NCBI GenBank assembly: GCA_963821525.1 | Contig: CAWGED010000010.1 | Coordinates: 32,001 to 96,000, forward strand | Source: an uncultured Gemmatimonadales bacterium | GTDB lineage: Bacteria; Gemmatimonadota; Gemmatimonadetes; Gemmatimonadales; GWC2-71-9 | Direction of reading: 5' to 3' | Length of the DNA stretch: 64,000 nt | Shown: piece by piece, positions 9,159 through 18,558 of the stretch | How positions within the stretch are numbered: position 1 is the first letter of the stretch | Layout of the letters: every line of letters begins with the position of its first letter | Notes under the pieces: generated by a model | Databases searched by the model: none | Told to the model about the DNA's origin: nothing | The model's input: only the letters and a program-made list of their open reading frames with translations | Translations under genes and position numbers: made by a program

Positions 9159-11468
9159 ATGTTCCGCCGGCGCAAGGAAGCTGTCCTCAATCCGATCACC
9201 GTGGGCGACCGCTACACGCTCGACCGAGAGTTGGGCCGGGGCGGGATGGCGGTGGTGTATCTGGCGCGCGACCGCAAGCACGACCGCCCGGTCGCGATCA
9301 AGATCCTGCGCCCCGAGATCGTCACTGGCGAAATCGCCCAGCGCTTCCTGCGCGAGATTCAGATCCTCGCGCGTCTGCAGCACCCCCATATCCTCGCCCT
9401 GCTCGACTCTGGCGCCACCGATGACGTCCCACCGCGGCCGTTCTACGTGATGCCGTACGTGGAAGGCGAGAGCCTGCGCCAGCGGCTCACTCGCGAGGGT
9501 CCGCTCCCGGTCGCGGAGGCGATCCGCCTGGTGCGGGAAGCCGGCGAGGCGCTCCACTACGCCCACGGGGAGGGACTGATTCATCGCGACGTGAAGCCGG
9601 AGAACGTCCTGCTCTCGCAGCGCCACGCCCTGGTCGCTGACTTCGGCATCGCACGTGCCGCGGGCATCGCGGGCGGCAACCAGCTGACTGAGCCCGGGCT
9701 GAGTATGGGGACCCCGGCCTACATGAGTCCTGAGCAGGCCAGCGGCGAACGCGAGGTCGACGCTCGGGCAGACCAGTACAGCCTCGCCTGCGTTCTCTAC
9801 GAGCTGCTGGCGGGTGAGCCGCCCTTCACCGGGCCCAACATATTCGCTGTGATATCGCGCCAGATGCGCGACCCGGTGCCGCCACTGACGACGATTCGCC
9901 CCGGAGTGCCGATGTCGGTGCGACGGGCGATCGAGCGGGCGCTATCCAAGGTTCCGGCGGACCGGTTCGCGACGGTGCTGGAGTTCCTGGCGGCCCTGGA
10001 GGCGCCGGAGTCTCCGGAGGCTCCCGCGGTCGCGCCGAAGAAGGCGATCGTGGTACTGCCGTTCGCCAATCTGAGCCCCGATCCCGACAACGCGTACTTC
10101 GGGGACGGCCTGATGGAAGAGGTGATCGCGGACCTCTCCCGGGTCCGGGCGCTCACCGTGATCTCCCGGACCTCGTCGGTCAAGCTCAAGGAGACTGGCT
10201 GGGACCTCCGGCGCATCGGGCGCGAGCTCAACGTCCGCTACGCGCTCGAGGGGAGCGTGCGCAGGGAGGGCCCCGCCCTTCGGATCACGGCCCAGCTGAT
10301 CGACGTCGAGACCGACGTCCACCTCTGGGCCGAGAAATACGCAGGAACGGTGGACGACGTGTTCGATTTGCAGGAGAGGCTCTCGCGCCAGATCGTCGAG
10401 GCGCTGCAGATCACGCTCTCGCAACCGGAGGATCGCGAGATCGCGCAGCGTCCGATCGCGGATCTCCGCGCGTTCGAGTACTACCAGCGCGCCCGCCAGG
10501 AGTACTACCGGTATACCGGCGAAGGAATGGCGGCGGCGCGAGCGCTGGCGGACCACGGGCTCGCAGTGGTAGGCCCCAATGAGGCTTTGTATGGGATGCT
10601 GGGCACAGTGTACGCGTGGTCGCCGGTGGTGCTCGCCGGGGACGAGGAGACCACCCTGCGGGAAGCGGAGGCCTGTGCCCGCCGAGCCTTCGAGCTGAAC
10701 CCCCGCTCGGCGCAGGGTCTATCGATCCTGGGTCAGGTCGCCTACCGCCGGGGCAACGCCGGGGAAGCCGTTCGGCTGCTGACCCAGGCCTGCGCCGCCG
10801 ATCCCAACAATCCCGACGCGATGCACCAGCTGGGCGGCGCGTACCTGTTGGGCGGGCGGATCGGCCCCATGCGGGAGGTGCTGACCCGATTGGCCGAGCT
10901 GGACCCGCTGACGGCTAGCAATCACTGCCTGCTGGGATTGAGTTACCTGCTGGGCGGCGACGCCGCCGGTGCGCTGCCTTCTCACCGCCGGGCGGTCGAG
11001 CTGGATCCGCGGAGCACGATCTGCCGGGTCTGCGACGCCGTCGCGCTGGTGGCCGCGGGGCGCGAGGCCGAGGCGGCGAGCCAGTTCGAGTGGCTGGAAC
11101 ACCAGCCTTCGGACGATCACTTGGCGGCGGTTGCGGTGCGCTTCCGGCGCGGCCTGACCGGCGATCGGGAGGCGGTGCTGTCGCCGCCGAGCGCGGCGGA
11201 GCGCACGATGGCGGAATCCGACGAATACTGGTCCTACCTGATGGCGGGAGCCTATGCGCTGGTCGGTGACGCTGAGCAGGCACTGGGCTGGCTGGAGCAT
11301 GCGGTAACGGTGCGCGGGTGGGTGGACTATGTGTACTTCACCCGACATGACCGTTTCCTCGAGCGCGTCCGGTCGACGCGGCGCTTCAAGGAGCTGATGG
11401 ACTCGGCACGCGAGCGGTATGCGCGGTTCACGGACGCCGGCATACCCGCCGAACTGAGATCGATCTAG
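9159..11468 (+). CDS. Hanks-type Ser/Thr kinase with TolB-like and TPR domains
   Basis: LGRGGMA, VAIK, HRDVKPEN, DFG, GTPAYMSPEQ, then IVVLPFANLS and TPR-like helices. Start codon uncertain. Confidence 0.95.
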   Translation: MFRRRKEAVLNPITVGDRYTLDRELGRGGMAVVYLARDRKHDRPVAIKILRPEIVTGEIAQRFLREIQILARLQHPHILALLDSGATDDVPPRPFYVMPYVEGESLRQRLTREGPLPVAEAIRLVREAGEALHYAHGEGLIHRDVKPENVLLSQRHALVADFGIARAAGIAGGNQLTEPGLSMGTPAYMSPEQASGEREVDARADQYSLACVLYELLAGEPPFTGPNIFAVISRQMRDPVPPLTTIRPGVPMSVRRAIERALSKVPADRFATVLEFLAALEAPESPEAPAVAPKKAIVVLPFANLSPDPDNAYFGDGLMEEVIADLSRVRALTVISRTSSVKLKETGWDLRRIGRELNVRYALEGSVRREGPALRITAQLIDVETDVHLWAEKYAGTVDDVFDLQERLSRQIVEALQITLSQPEDREIAQRPIADLRAFEYYQRARQEYYRYTGEGMAAARALADHGLAVVGPNEALYGMLGTVYAWSPVVLAGDEETTLREAEACARRAFELNPRSAQGLSILGQVAYRRGNAGEAVRLLTQACAADPNNPDAMHQLGGAYLLGGRIGPMREVLTRLAELDPLTASNHCLLGLSYLLGGDAAGALPSHRRAVELDPRSTICRVCDAVALVAAGREAEAASQFEWLEHQPSDDHLAAVAVRFRRGLTGDREAVLSPPSAAERTMAESDEYWSYLMAGAYALVGDAEQALGWLEHAVTVRGWVDYVYFTRHDRFLERVRSTRRFKELMDSARERYARFTDAGIPAELRSI

Positions 11469-11588
11469 TCGGCGAGGCCGATCGATTCCTCCGATGCCCG
11501 GCTCTGCTCCGGGTACGCTTAACTGGACTCGTATACTCGACCCCCCGAGGTCAAGCCGGCGACAGGGGGGCTAACAAGGAAGTTTAGG

Positions 11589-11975
11589 ATGGCCACCATG
11601 TCAGAACAGAATAAGGCGATCGTGCGGGCATTCTACGATCTGGCCTTCAATGACCAACAGCCCGCCGAGGCCGCCGCCAAGTACATTGGCGCGACCTACC
11701 GCCAGCATAATCCCGGCGCCGCCGATGGCGCGGAGCCCTTCGTGGCTTTCGTAACCGGCTTCCTCAAGGCCTTTCCCAGGCTGCGCGTCACCTTCAAGCG
11801 GATGGTAGCCGAAGGCGAACTCGTTGCTCTCCACAGTCATTTTGTGCGGGAGCCCGGGGACGGAGGGTTGGCGGTCATGGATATCTTTCGGTTGGAGGGC
11901 GGCAAGCTCGTTGAACACTGGGATGTGCTCCAGGAAGTCCCGCCTGCGACGGCCAATCCCAACACGATGTTCTAA
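11589..11975 (+). CDS. SnoaL/NTF2-like protein
   Basis: YRQHNP, DIFRLEGGKLVEHWDV. Confidence 0.9.
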   Translation: MATMSEQNKAIVRAFYDLAFNDQQPAEAAAKYIGATYRQHNPGAADGAEPFVAFVTGFLKAFPRLRVTFKRMVAEGELVALHSHFVREPGDGGLAVMDIFRLEGGKLVEHWDVLQEVPPATANPNTMF

Positions 11976-12126
11976 GGATTCCGGCCCTGCGCGCGGTGCG
12001 CATCCACCCGGCCATCACCCTGCGGTCGGCCTGATTCACGACAGCCACGGTGCAATCAGGTTAGATTTCGCTGCTCGGCCTTGCGTTAGTCATGGCCGTG
12101 GCTGATTCCTCTACTGGGCAGGACCG

Positions 12127-12501
12127 ATGACTAGCGATGCATCGCAGGACCCCTCGTCGACACTTACGGACCGGGTCAGGGCCCACGTCGCGGAGGCCGG
12201 GCGGCGGCTCGACAATCGTGCGCGCGAGGCCAACGGCAAGCAGAAGCAGCTCCGGCCGACGCGCTCGACCAAGAAGGCCGCTTCGGTCACGGGCAGTTTG
12301 GAGACTGAGCGGGACGTCCAATCACTGCGAAAGGTCTACCGCGAAATGCGGGGGCTCTACCGGAGCTATCGTCGAAAGGCTGGAACGCCTGCGGTGCCCG
12401 AGCTCCGCTCCGCCGTCCACGCCTTCAGGCGCGGCGAGAGTCTGACTTCTCTCGTCCATATCGCCTCCTTCCTGGACGACCGCAAACTCCTGGCCTGGTG
12501 A
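12127..12501 (+). CDS. Hypothetical basic protein
   Basis: AGGA RBS, GC-consistent codon usage, no recognisable motif. Confidence 0.55.
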   Translation: MTSDASQDPSSTLTDRVRAHVAEAGRRLDNRAREANGKQKQLRPTRSTKKAASVTGSLETERDVQSLRKVYREMRGLYRSYRRKAGTPAVPELRSAVHAFRRGESLTSLVHIASFLDDRKLLAW

Positions 12502-12527
12502 GGTTGCGCGTGAAAGGACGCAGACGA

Positions 12528-13052
12528 ATGAACGCAAAGGCGATTGGCCTGGCGGCGATAGCCGCACTTCTCACTACCACACTTCCCGCCTACGCCCAGA
12601 GCGACAAGGAAGTGCAGGAGGTGATCCAGGAGTTCGTGAAGAGCGACTCGGGGATGAAAGGCTGGTTCGCAGACTCCTACGGGTATGCCGTGTTCCCCTC
12701 CGTGGGCAAAGGCGCCGTCGGGGTCGGAGGCGCCCGCGGCAAAGGGCTGGTATACGAGCAGGGCAAGCTGATTGGGAAGACCACCCTTACGGCGGTGACC
12801 ATTGGGCTTGCGCTGGGCGGTCAGGCCTTCCGGGAAGTGATTTTTTTCAAGGACAAGACCGCCCTGGACGACTTCACTCGGGGCAACTTCGAGTTCGCTG
12901 CCGAGGTATCGGCGGTGGCCCTCAAGGAGGGTGCGTCGGCAGACCTCGGCTACAACAAGGGGGTGGCAGTCATGACCGCCACCAAGGGTGGCCTCATGTA
13001 TGAGGCCTCGGTCGGCGGCCAGAAGTTCTCGTTCGAAAAGACTAAGACATAG
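12528..13052 (+). CDS. Secreted SYLF/Ysc84 lipid-binding domain protein
   Basis: YAVFPSVGKGA, GLMYEASVGGQKFSF; signal peptide. Confidence 0.9.
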   Translation: MNAKAIGLAAIAALLTTTLPAYAQSDKEVQEVIQEFVKSDSGMKGWFADSYGYAVFPSVGKGAVGVGGARGKGLVYEQGKLIGKTTLTAVTIGLALGGQAFREVIFFKDKTALDDFTRGNFEFAAEVSAVALKEGASADLGYNKGVAVMTATKGGLMYEASVGGQKFSFEKTKT

Positions 13053-13090
13053 CCTCCGAACCGCCGAGCCGAACCGCCGAGCCGCCGAAC
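13053..13090. repeat. Short tandem repeat CCGCCGA(A/G) between convergent genes
   Basis: cctccgaa ccgccgag ccgaa ccgccgag ccgccgaa. Confidence 0.7.
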
Positions 13091-13093
13091 TAT

Positions 13094-13552
13094 CTAGTTC
13101 CAGTTGTCGATCTTCAAATCATCCGGCGAAGGCCGGCCCTTCCCGGTTTCCACAAAGTCTCTGAGACTCAGGAGAAACACCGCCCATTTCATGCTGCAGT
13201 GGGCGGTAAACTCGATCGCTTCCCGCCAATTCCGGTGCCCGAACAGGAGCACCGTCGTGTCGCCCTCCTGAGTCAGTTGGAAGGTCGCATCGGTCCCGAC
13301 CCATTCCGGCGGTCCTCCCAGGAAACGCCACTGGACTTCCCGATTGGGCTCGAGCTTGGTCATCTCGAAGTCCATCTGCCCGATTTCCTTCCCGTCCTTG
13401 TGACGGAAGCGAACATTGATTTTCCCGCCGACCTTGGACGATCCGGTCGTGTCCCGGGTCCACCACCCTGCCACGCCCTGCGCCGTCGCCAGCGCCTCAT
13501 AGACCTTCGTCGCGGGCGCCTTGATGCCGATTCGATGAATGATGTCAACCAT
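13094..13552 (-). CDS. SRPBCC (AHSA1-like) protein
   Basis: DIIHRIGIKA, GWWT, EWVGT, HRNWRE, CSMKWAVFL. Confidence 0.9.
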   Translation of the reverse strand: MVDIIHRIGIKAPATKVYEALATAQGVAGWWTRDTTGSSKVGGKINVRFRHKDGKEIGQMDFEMTKLEPNREVQWRFLGGPPEWVGTDATFQLTQEGDTTVLLFGHRNWREAIEFTAHCSMKWAVFLLSLRDFVETGKGRPSPDDLKIDNWN

Positions 13553-13581
13553 AGTTTCCTCTGCTTGTCTTTGGTTAATGC

Positions 13582-13926
13582 CTAGCCTTCGACTATTTCC
13601 ACAAACGCTTTCAACCTCGCTGCCGCCGCGTCCCACTGCGCCGAGACGTGATCGATGTACTCCCGCGCGACCTCGAGGCGTTTGAGATCCAGCGAGAACA
13701 CATGCTCTCGGCCCTCCCTGGTGTCTCGCACGAGGCCCACCTTCCCTAGTGCGTGCAGGTGCCGGGTGATCGCCTGGCGGGTCATCCCGCTCCCCTCGCT
13801 CAAGCGGGTAATGGAGAGCGGGCCTTCGGTCGACAGGCGTCGCACCAGGCTGAGCCGGGTAGCGTCCCCCAGCGCGGCAAACACCGGGGCGGCCTGGCGC
13901 GCAGCTCCGCCTCTGCTAGCCGACAT
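13582..13926 (-). CDS. ArsR/SmtB family regulator
   Basis: FAALGDATRL, RQAITRHL, GREH. Confidence 0.9.
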   Translation of the reverse strand: MSASRGGAARQAAPVFAALGDATRLSLVRRLSTEGPLSITRLSEGSGMTRQAITRHLHALGKVGLVRDTREGREHVFSLDLKRLEVAREYIDHVSAQWDAAAARLKAFVEIVEG

Positions 13927-14386
13927 AACTCGCCAGCTTTTTGGACTGGCCGGTCCACCCTGCCTCGTTCATCCGGAACGCCTCAGCGCGTCGCGTGCTG
14001 GGGAGACGGTCGAAGCCCGACTCAGTGATCGTCACCGCAGTGCCACCCGCCGTCTCTTCCAGCCGGAATTCGACCAGGGTGGTCGGCTCCGCCGCGTAAT
14101 CGACCTCGGGATTCATCGGGTAGGGATGCCAGCGGTAAGAGAAGTAGCCCTCTGGTTCGATCCGCTCGACCTGCATCTCAAGCGAGATGTGCTCATATCC
14201 CGGAATGGTGAGTCGTCCGAAAACGGTGGCGCCGGCGGTGAAGGGGCGGTCCAGCTTCATGCCGAACCAGGCGCCGAACTCGTTCGCATCGGAGATCGCC
14301 CGCCAGACCCGGGAGCGCTTGGCACTTACCTCGAAACGCTTCTCGATCCGGTCGGTGGTCTGGGGTTGGTCGGTGGTGGCGGTCAT
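13916..14386 (-). CDS. SRPBCC family protein
   Basis: RVWRAISDA, FSYRWHP, TESGFDRLP, EAGW. Confidence 0.9.
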   Translation of the reverse strand: MTATTDQPQTTDRIEKRFEVSAKRSRVWRAISDANEFGAWFGMKLDRPFTAGATVFGRLTIPGYEHISLEMQVERIEPEGYFSYRWHPYPMNPEVDYAAEPTTLVEFRLEETAGGTAVTITESGFDRLPSTRRAEAFRMNEAGWTGQSKKLASYVG

Positions 14387-14432
14387 AAGTCGTTGCTGCT
14401 CCTGTCTATCGGTTGCGGTGGCTCGCTAACGT

Positions 14433-14493
14433 GCAACAGTTACGTTGCCTATTATAAGGCCCACCTTGTAAATGCGCAACTGTTGTGTTGCGC
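14433..14493 (-). promoter_or_regulatory. Two GCAAC-N6-GTTGC palindromes around a sigma70-type promoter
   Basis: GCAACAGTTACGTTGC (14433-14448) and GCGCAACTGTTGTGTTGCGC (14474-14493). On the minus strand TTGCGC-N17-TATAAT points to the SRPBCC-ArsR-SRPBCC operon. Confidence 0.75.
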
Positions 14494-14586
14494 TTCTCTG
14501 GATGCCAGGCCGGGCCTGACCGGCGCCTTCCACAACCCGCAAGCTCTTGCGAGGATTCTGGGTCCAACTCAAGTGAGCAGGTTTCG

Positions 14587-15051
14587 ATGAGCCCAAAGAA
14601 AAACACGCCGAAGTCCGCCAAGACCACCACCGCGACCGGCAAGAAGTTCAAGGGATTCACGGACGAAGAACGACTCGCGATGAAGGAGCGGATCCAGGAG
14701 CTGAAGGGGGCGGACGGGGAAAGTGCCGTCCTCGCGAAGATCGCCGCGATGCCGGAACCGGATCGTGCGATGGGCAAGCGGCTCCATGCGATCATCAAAG
14801 CCAGCGCACCAGCGCTCGCGCCGAGACTCTGGTACGGGATGCCCGCCTATGCCAAGGACGGCGAGGTCGTCTGCTTCTTCCAAAACGCGCAGAAGTTCAA
14901 GACGAGGTATTCGACGCTTGGCTTCAGCGACAAGGCGAACCTCGACGACGGCGCCATGTGGCCGACCGGCTTCGCGCTGAAGGAGTTGACTGGCGCTGAG
15001 GAGGCGAGGATCCGCGCGCTCGTGCAAAGAGCAACCACCGGCTCCCCCTGA
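14587..15051 (+). CDS. DUF1801 protein
   Basis: [30 protein letters not shown]. Confidence 0.9.
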   Translation: MSPKKNTPKSAKTTTATGKKFKGFTDEERLAMKERIQELKGADGESAVLAKIAAMPEPDRAMGKRLHAIIKASAPALAPRLWYGMPAYAKDGEVVCFFQNAQKFKTRYSTLGFSDKANLDDGAMWPTGFALKELTGAEEARIRALVQRATTGSP

Positions 15052-15169
15052 CCGAGGAACTTGGGAGTCAGTTCCGCGCTCAGAATGAGCCAATTCGGGC
15101 GTAATCCGCGCCTAATCAGGTCGAACAGCGGAACAAAGACTTATGGACACCTAACAATGAAGGAATCCC

Positions 15170-15991
15170 ATGACTGCTGTAGCCGTTAACCCGAATCAGG
15201 CGCTCTGGGAAAAAGGAGATTTCACCCGGATTGCGGCCAGCATGCGCGAAAGCGGCGAGGCTCTCGTGCAGCGCATCGGCGTCCGCCGCGGAGACGACGT
15301 CCTGGACCTTGGCTGCGGCGATGGAACCACCGCCTTGCCTGCCGCCCAAACGGGTGCCTACGTCCTCGGCGTGGATATCGCCCGGAATCTGGTCGAGGCC
15401 GGGAACCGGCGGGCCGCGGCGCTCGGCCTGGCCAATTGCAGATTCCAACAGGGCGACGCCACGAACCTTGAGCTGATTCCGGATCGCGCGTTTGACATAG
15501 TCGTCAGCATCTTCGGCGCCATGTTCGCTCCCAGACCCTTCGACGTGGCCAGGGAAATGGTTCGCGTGACGCGCCCCGGGGGACGGATCGTCATGGGCAA
15601 TTGGATTCCGAACGACCCCACGCTCGTCGCCCAGATTCTGCGAATCAGCTCCGCCTATACCCCGCCGCCTCCCGAGGGATTTGTCAGTCCGATGACCTGG
15701 GGCGTTGAGAGCCAGGTGGTGGAGCGCTTTGTCGCCGCGGGCATCCCGGCAGAGAAGATCTCGTGCGTTCGCGACACGTTCATCTTCCGCTTCGCCGGAT
15801 CGCCAGCGCAACTCGTCGATGAGTTCAGGAGATACTACGGGCCGACGATGAATGCCTTCGACGCGGCGGAGAAGAACGGGCGCGCCGCGAGCCTGCAGGC
15901 AGAGCTCGAGGAGTTGTTCACCGCTCAGAACACGAGCACCAATGGCACGACGATTCCAGCCACGTTCCTGCGGGTGGAAGTGACCTGCTAA
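15170..15991 (+). CDS. Class I SAM-dependent methyltransferase
   Basis: VLDLGCGDG, SIFGAMFAP, YYGPT. Confidence 0.92.
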   Translation: MTAVAVNPNQALWEKGDFTRIAASMRESGEALVQRIGVRRGDDVLDLGCGDGTTALPAAQTGAYVLGVDIARNLVEAGNRRAAALGLANCRFQQGDATNLELIPDRAFDIVVSIFGAMFAPRPFDVAREMVRVTRPGGRIVMGNWIPNDPTLVAQILRISSAYTPPPPEGFVSPMTWGVESQVVERFVAAGIPAEKISCVRDTFIFRFAGSPAQLVDEFRRYYGPTMNAFDAAEKNGRAASLQAELEELFTAQNTSTNGTTIPATFLRVEVTC

Positions 15992-16162
15992 CCCCGCCTC
16001 CCGATACGGGCCTGATACCATCGGTACAATTGACCCGGCTCATTTCCGCTGGTAACTATGGCGCGGCAGGTCCATCGACCTGTCGCGTCCGATTCAAGTA
16101 GACGTACCACGCGCCGTCGGGAAGCGGTCAAGGCCGCTGACCTTGGGAAGGAGAAACGGGGT

Positions 16163-16717
16163 ATGGGAAGCAATCAAAGGTGGGCGATCGCGGTCGCGAC
16201 GGCACTCATCAGTGCCTCAGGCGCCGGCGCCATGTCCGCCCAGGACAAGTACAGCGTGAAGGTGCCGGGTGGGCTCGCGTTCTCCGAGTTCAAGGGATAC
16301 GAAAACTGGCAGCTGATCTCCGTCAGTCAGGACGGCGGCCTGCTGGCCGCGATCCTCGGCAATCCCGCGATGATCGACGCCTACAAGGCCGGCGTTCCTG
16401 GCAACGGCAAGCCGTTCCCCGACGGCTCCAAGATGGCGAAGATCCACTGGAACCCGACCAAGATGTCGGTGTTCCCCCAAGCGACGGTGCCGGGCACCCA
16501 GCATGACGTCGACTTCATGGTGAAGGACAGCAAGCGGTTCGCGGACAGCGGTGGGTGGGGATGGGCCGTGTTCGTGTACGACACTGTGTCCCACGCGTTC
16601 ACGCCCGGCACCACGGCTGACAAGCCGCCGCAGGCAAACGACGCCAAGTGCGGCTTCGGGTGCCACACTATAGTGAAAAACAGGGACTACGTCTTCACGG
16701 ATTACGGGGCGCGCTGA
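16163..16717 (+). CDS. Cytochrome P460 family protein
   Basis: Signal peptide, PFPDGSKMAK, MVKDSKRF..SGGWGW, C-terminal CGFGCH, RDYVFT. Confidence 0.85.
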   Translation: MGSNQRWAIAVATALISASGAGAMSAQDKYSVKVPGGLAFSEFKGYENWQLISVSQDGGLLAAILGNPAMIDAYKAGVPGNGKPFPDGSKMAKIHWNPTKMSVFPQATVPGTQHDVDFMVKDSKRFADSGGWGWAVFVYDTVSHAFTPGTTADKPPQANDAKCGFGCHTIVKNRDYVFTDYGAR

Positions 16718-16736
16718 ACCAGGAACGCCATCAGTC

Positions 16737-17147
16737 TCAGCGGGACTTGCGGTGGCCAGCGCCGGATTGGTTCAGCGCCACCGCTTCGCGGATCAGAGCC
16801 TTGAAGGAGGCCTCATCGATCTTCTCCCCTTCGCGGAAATCGATGGCCCGCCTGGTGTTTCCTTCAAGGCTCGAGTTAAAGAGCTTCCTGGGGTCCTTCA
16901 GCTGGGCGCCCTTGGCGAAGGTCAGCTTCACGGCGCTCTTGTAGCTCTCGCCGGTGCAGATCAATCCGTCGTGTGACCAGACCGGCCCACCCCATTTCCA
17001 CTCCTCCACCACTCCCGGGTCCGCCTCCTTGATCAGACCTCGCAGCCGAGCGAGCGTCTCGCCTCGCCAGTCGTCCAGCTCCTTTATCCTCCCGTCTATG
17101 AGTTGAGAGGGAGACCCGCCTGCCGGCTCACCGCTGCTCTTCTTCAT
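16737..17147 (-). CDS. DUF1801 protein
   Basis: EEWKW, VKLTFAKGA, FNSSLEGNTRRAID. Confidence 0.9.
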   Translation of the reverse strand: MKKSSGEPAGGSPSQLIDGRIKELDDWRGETLARLRGLIKEADPGVVEEWKWGGPVWSHDGLICTGESYKSAVKLTFAKGAQLKDPRKLFNSSLEGNTRRAIDFREGEKIDEASFKALIREAVALNQSGAGHRKSR

Positions 17148-17196
17148 ATCGTTTCATCCCTTCAATTCGAGTTGTTCTTCTCTCGTGCCGATGCTT

Positions 17197-17415
17197 TCAG
17201 GCGTCGCGTCGCCCGCTGCGCCACTTGGCGGCATACGGCAGCACGAACAAGTACAAACCGGTGACCGCGAGCAAGGCAAGCGGGAACAGCGGCACGTAGC
17301 TCACCCAGACGAGAGGCTTCTCCTGTTTCAAGGCGACGAACGTGACGATGACGGACACCGTAAAGACAATGGCCAGCCAGCGGTGGGTCTGCCGAACCCA
17401 ATGGTTCCAGTTCAC
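17197..17415 (-). CDS. Small two-TM membrane protein
   Basis: RQTHRWLAIVF ... TGLYLFVLPY; GAGGAGG RBS. Confidence 0.8.
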   Translation of the reverse strand: MNWNHWVRQTHRWLAIVFTVSVIVTFVALKQEKPLVWVSYVPLFPLALLAVTGLYLFVLPYAAKWRSGRRDA

Positions 17416-17451
17416 TGCGACCTCCTCTCCGGATTGCTGGACGTTGGATGG

Positions 17452-17991
17452 TCAGCTCGGAATGTCTTTACCGAATTGCCTGGCGTACTCCGCATTCAGC
17501 CGCTGCCAGCCGCCGAACTGCATTGTCTCGGGGCCGGCGATGCGTCCAATCGGCTGGCCGGCGAGCAGCCGGTCCAGCACATCCAGGCAGATGTGCCAGC
17601 CCGCAGCACCCCACGAGATGAAGCGGCGATCGATGTTGTGCCAGAGGGTCAGGCGGGTGCCGCTGCCGAGCGGCTCGAGCTCCCACCGGAGGTCCCCGCC
17701 ACCCCAGCTGTACTCGAGCAGCCTCGGCGCCTCGGCCCGCTTCACCGTGGTCTCGGAAACCTGCGGCGTTCCGACCGTCGAGAGCTTCACCGTGGTTCCA
17801 GCCGTACCCAGGCTCCCATCGGATTCAAAGGGAGCCCACTCGCGCAGCTGCGCCGGGTCGGTAAGTGCCTGCCAGACTGTCGCCGGCGAGTGGCGCAGCT
17901 CTCTGACGAGAATCAGGGTCCATTTCTCTCCCTCCTTACGGACTTCCGCCCCGCTGGCCGGGCCCGGTGCGTACTGTACGTGATCGGTCAT
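17452..17991 (-). CDS. SRPBCC family protein
   Basis: VWQALTDP, LLEYSW, AAGWHICLD. Confidence 0.9.
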   Translation of the reverse strand: MTDHVQYAPGPASGAEVRKEGEKWTLILVRELRHSPATVWQALTDPAQLREWAPFESDGSLGTAGTTVKLSTVGTPQVSETTVKRAEAPRLLEYSWGGGDLRWELEPLGSGTRLTLWHNIDRRFISWGAAGWHICLDVLDRLLAGQPIGRIAGPETMQFGGWQRLNAEYARQFGKDIPS

Positions 17992-18329
17992 TTCCCCCTT
18001 CCCTTCTTCTTCGTTGACGGTGATTGGTCCATGCGGTCGAGGTGGCGCTCGAGCGCATCGACATGACCGGACCAGAACCGACGGAACGGATCCAGCCAGG
18101 CATCCAGTTCCTGAAGTGGTTCTGGCTTCAGTCGGTAGAGGCGGCGTTGAGCGTCCACTGTGGATTCGACGAAACCGGCCTCGCGCAGGACCCGGAGGTG
18201 CTTGGACACGGTCGGCTGCGGCATCCGAAGGCGACGCTCGATCTCTCCAACCGACCTTTGGGACGAGACCAGGAGGCCCAGAATCGCGCGGCGGTTCGGC
18301 TCCGCGATGATTTCGAAGACGGATTCCAT
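17988..18329 (-). CDS. ArsR/SmtB family regulator
   Basis: MESVFEIIAEPNRR, VSKHLRVLREAG. Confidence 0.92.
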   Translation of the reverse strand: MESVFEIIAEPNRRAILGLLVSSQRSVGEIERRLRMPQPTVSKHLRVLREAGFVESTVDAQRRLYRLKPEPLQELDAWLDPFRRFWSGHVDALERHLDRMDQSPSTKKKGRGK

Positions 18330-18335
18330 GGCCTT

Positions 18336-18374
18336 AGTATACCGCCAACAGTATATACTTGTCAAGGCATATAC
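18336..18374 (-). promoter_or_regulatory. Sigma70-type promoter (probably leaderless) with TATA(C)-rich operator-like palindromes
   Basis: Minus strand TTGACA-N18-TATACT-N6-ATG of the ArsR gene, with overlapping GTATATAC / GCATATAC motifs. Confidence 0.75.
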
Positions 18375-18375
18375 G

Positions 18376-18549
18376 AAACACGAAGGCCCGAAGGCCACAG
18401 ACGGGTCGTCGCTGCCGTACAATCCCGCTCACCTCGGCAAGATCACCTAGCCAATTTCTTAACAACAAAAGCGCTCTGTGATCCTGCCCAGGTGGCTCGG
18501 AGGGCAGAGTGTCATCGGAGCCCTCTGTGCCCTTCGTCTCTTCGTGTTT
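18376..18549. repeat. Inverted-tandem-repeat element, CACGAAG type, copy A
   Basis: AAACACGAAGGCCCGAAGGCCACAGA ... TCTGTGCCCTTCGTCTCTTCGTGTTT; homologous along its length to 18621-18795. Confidence 0.85.
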
Positions 18550-18558
18550 TCGTACAGG

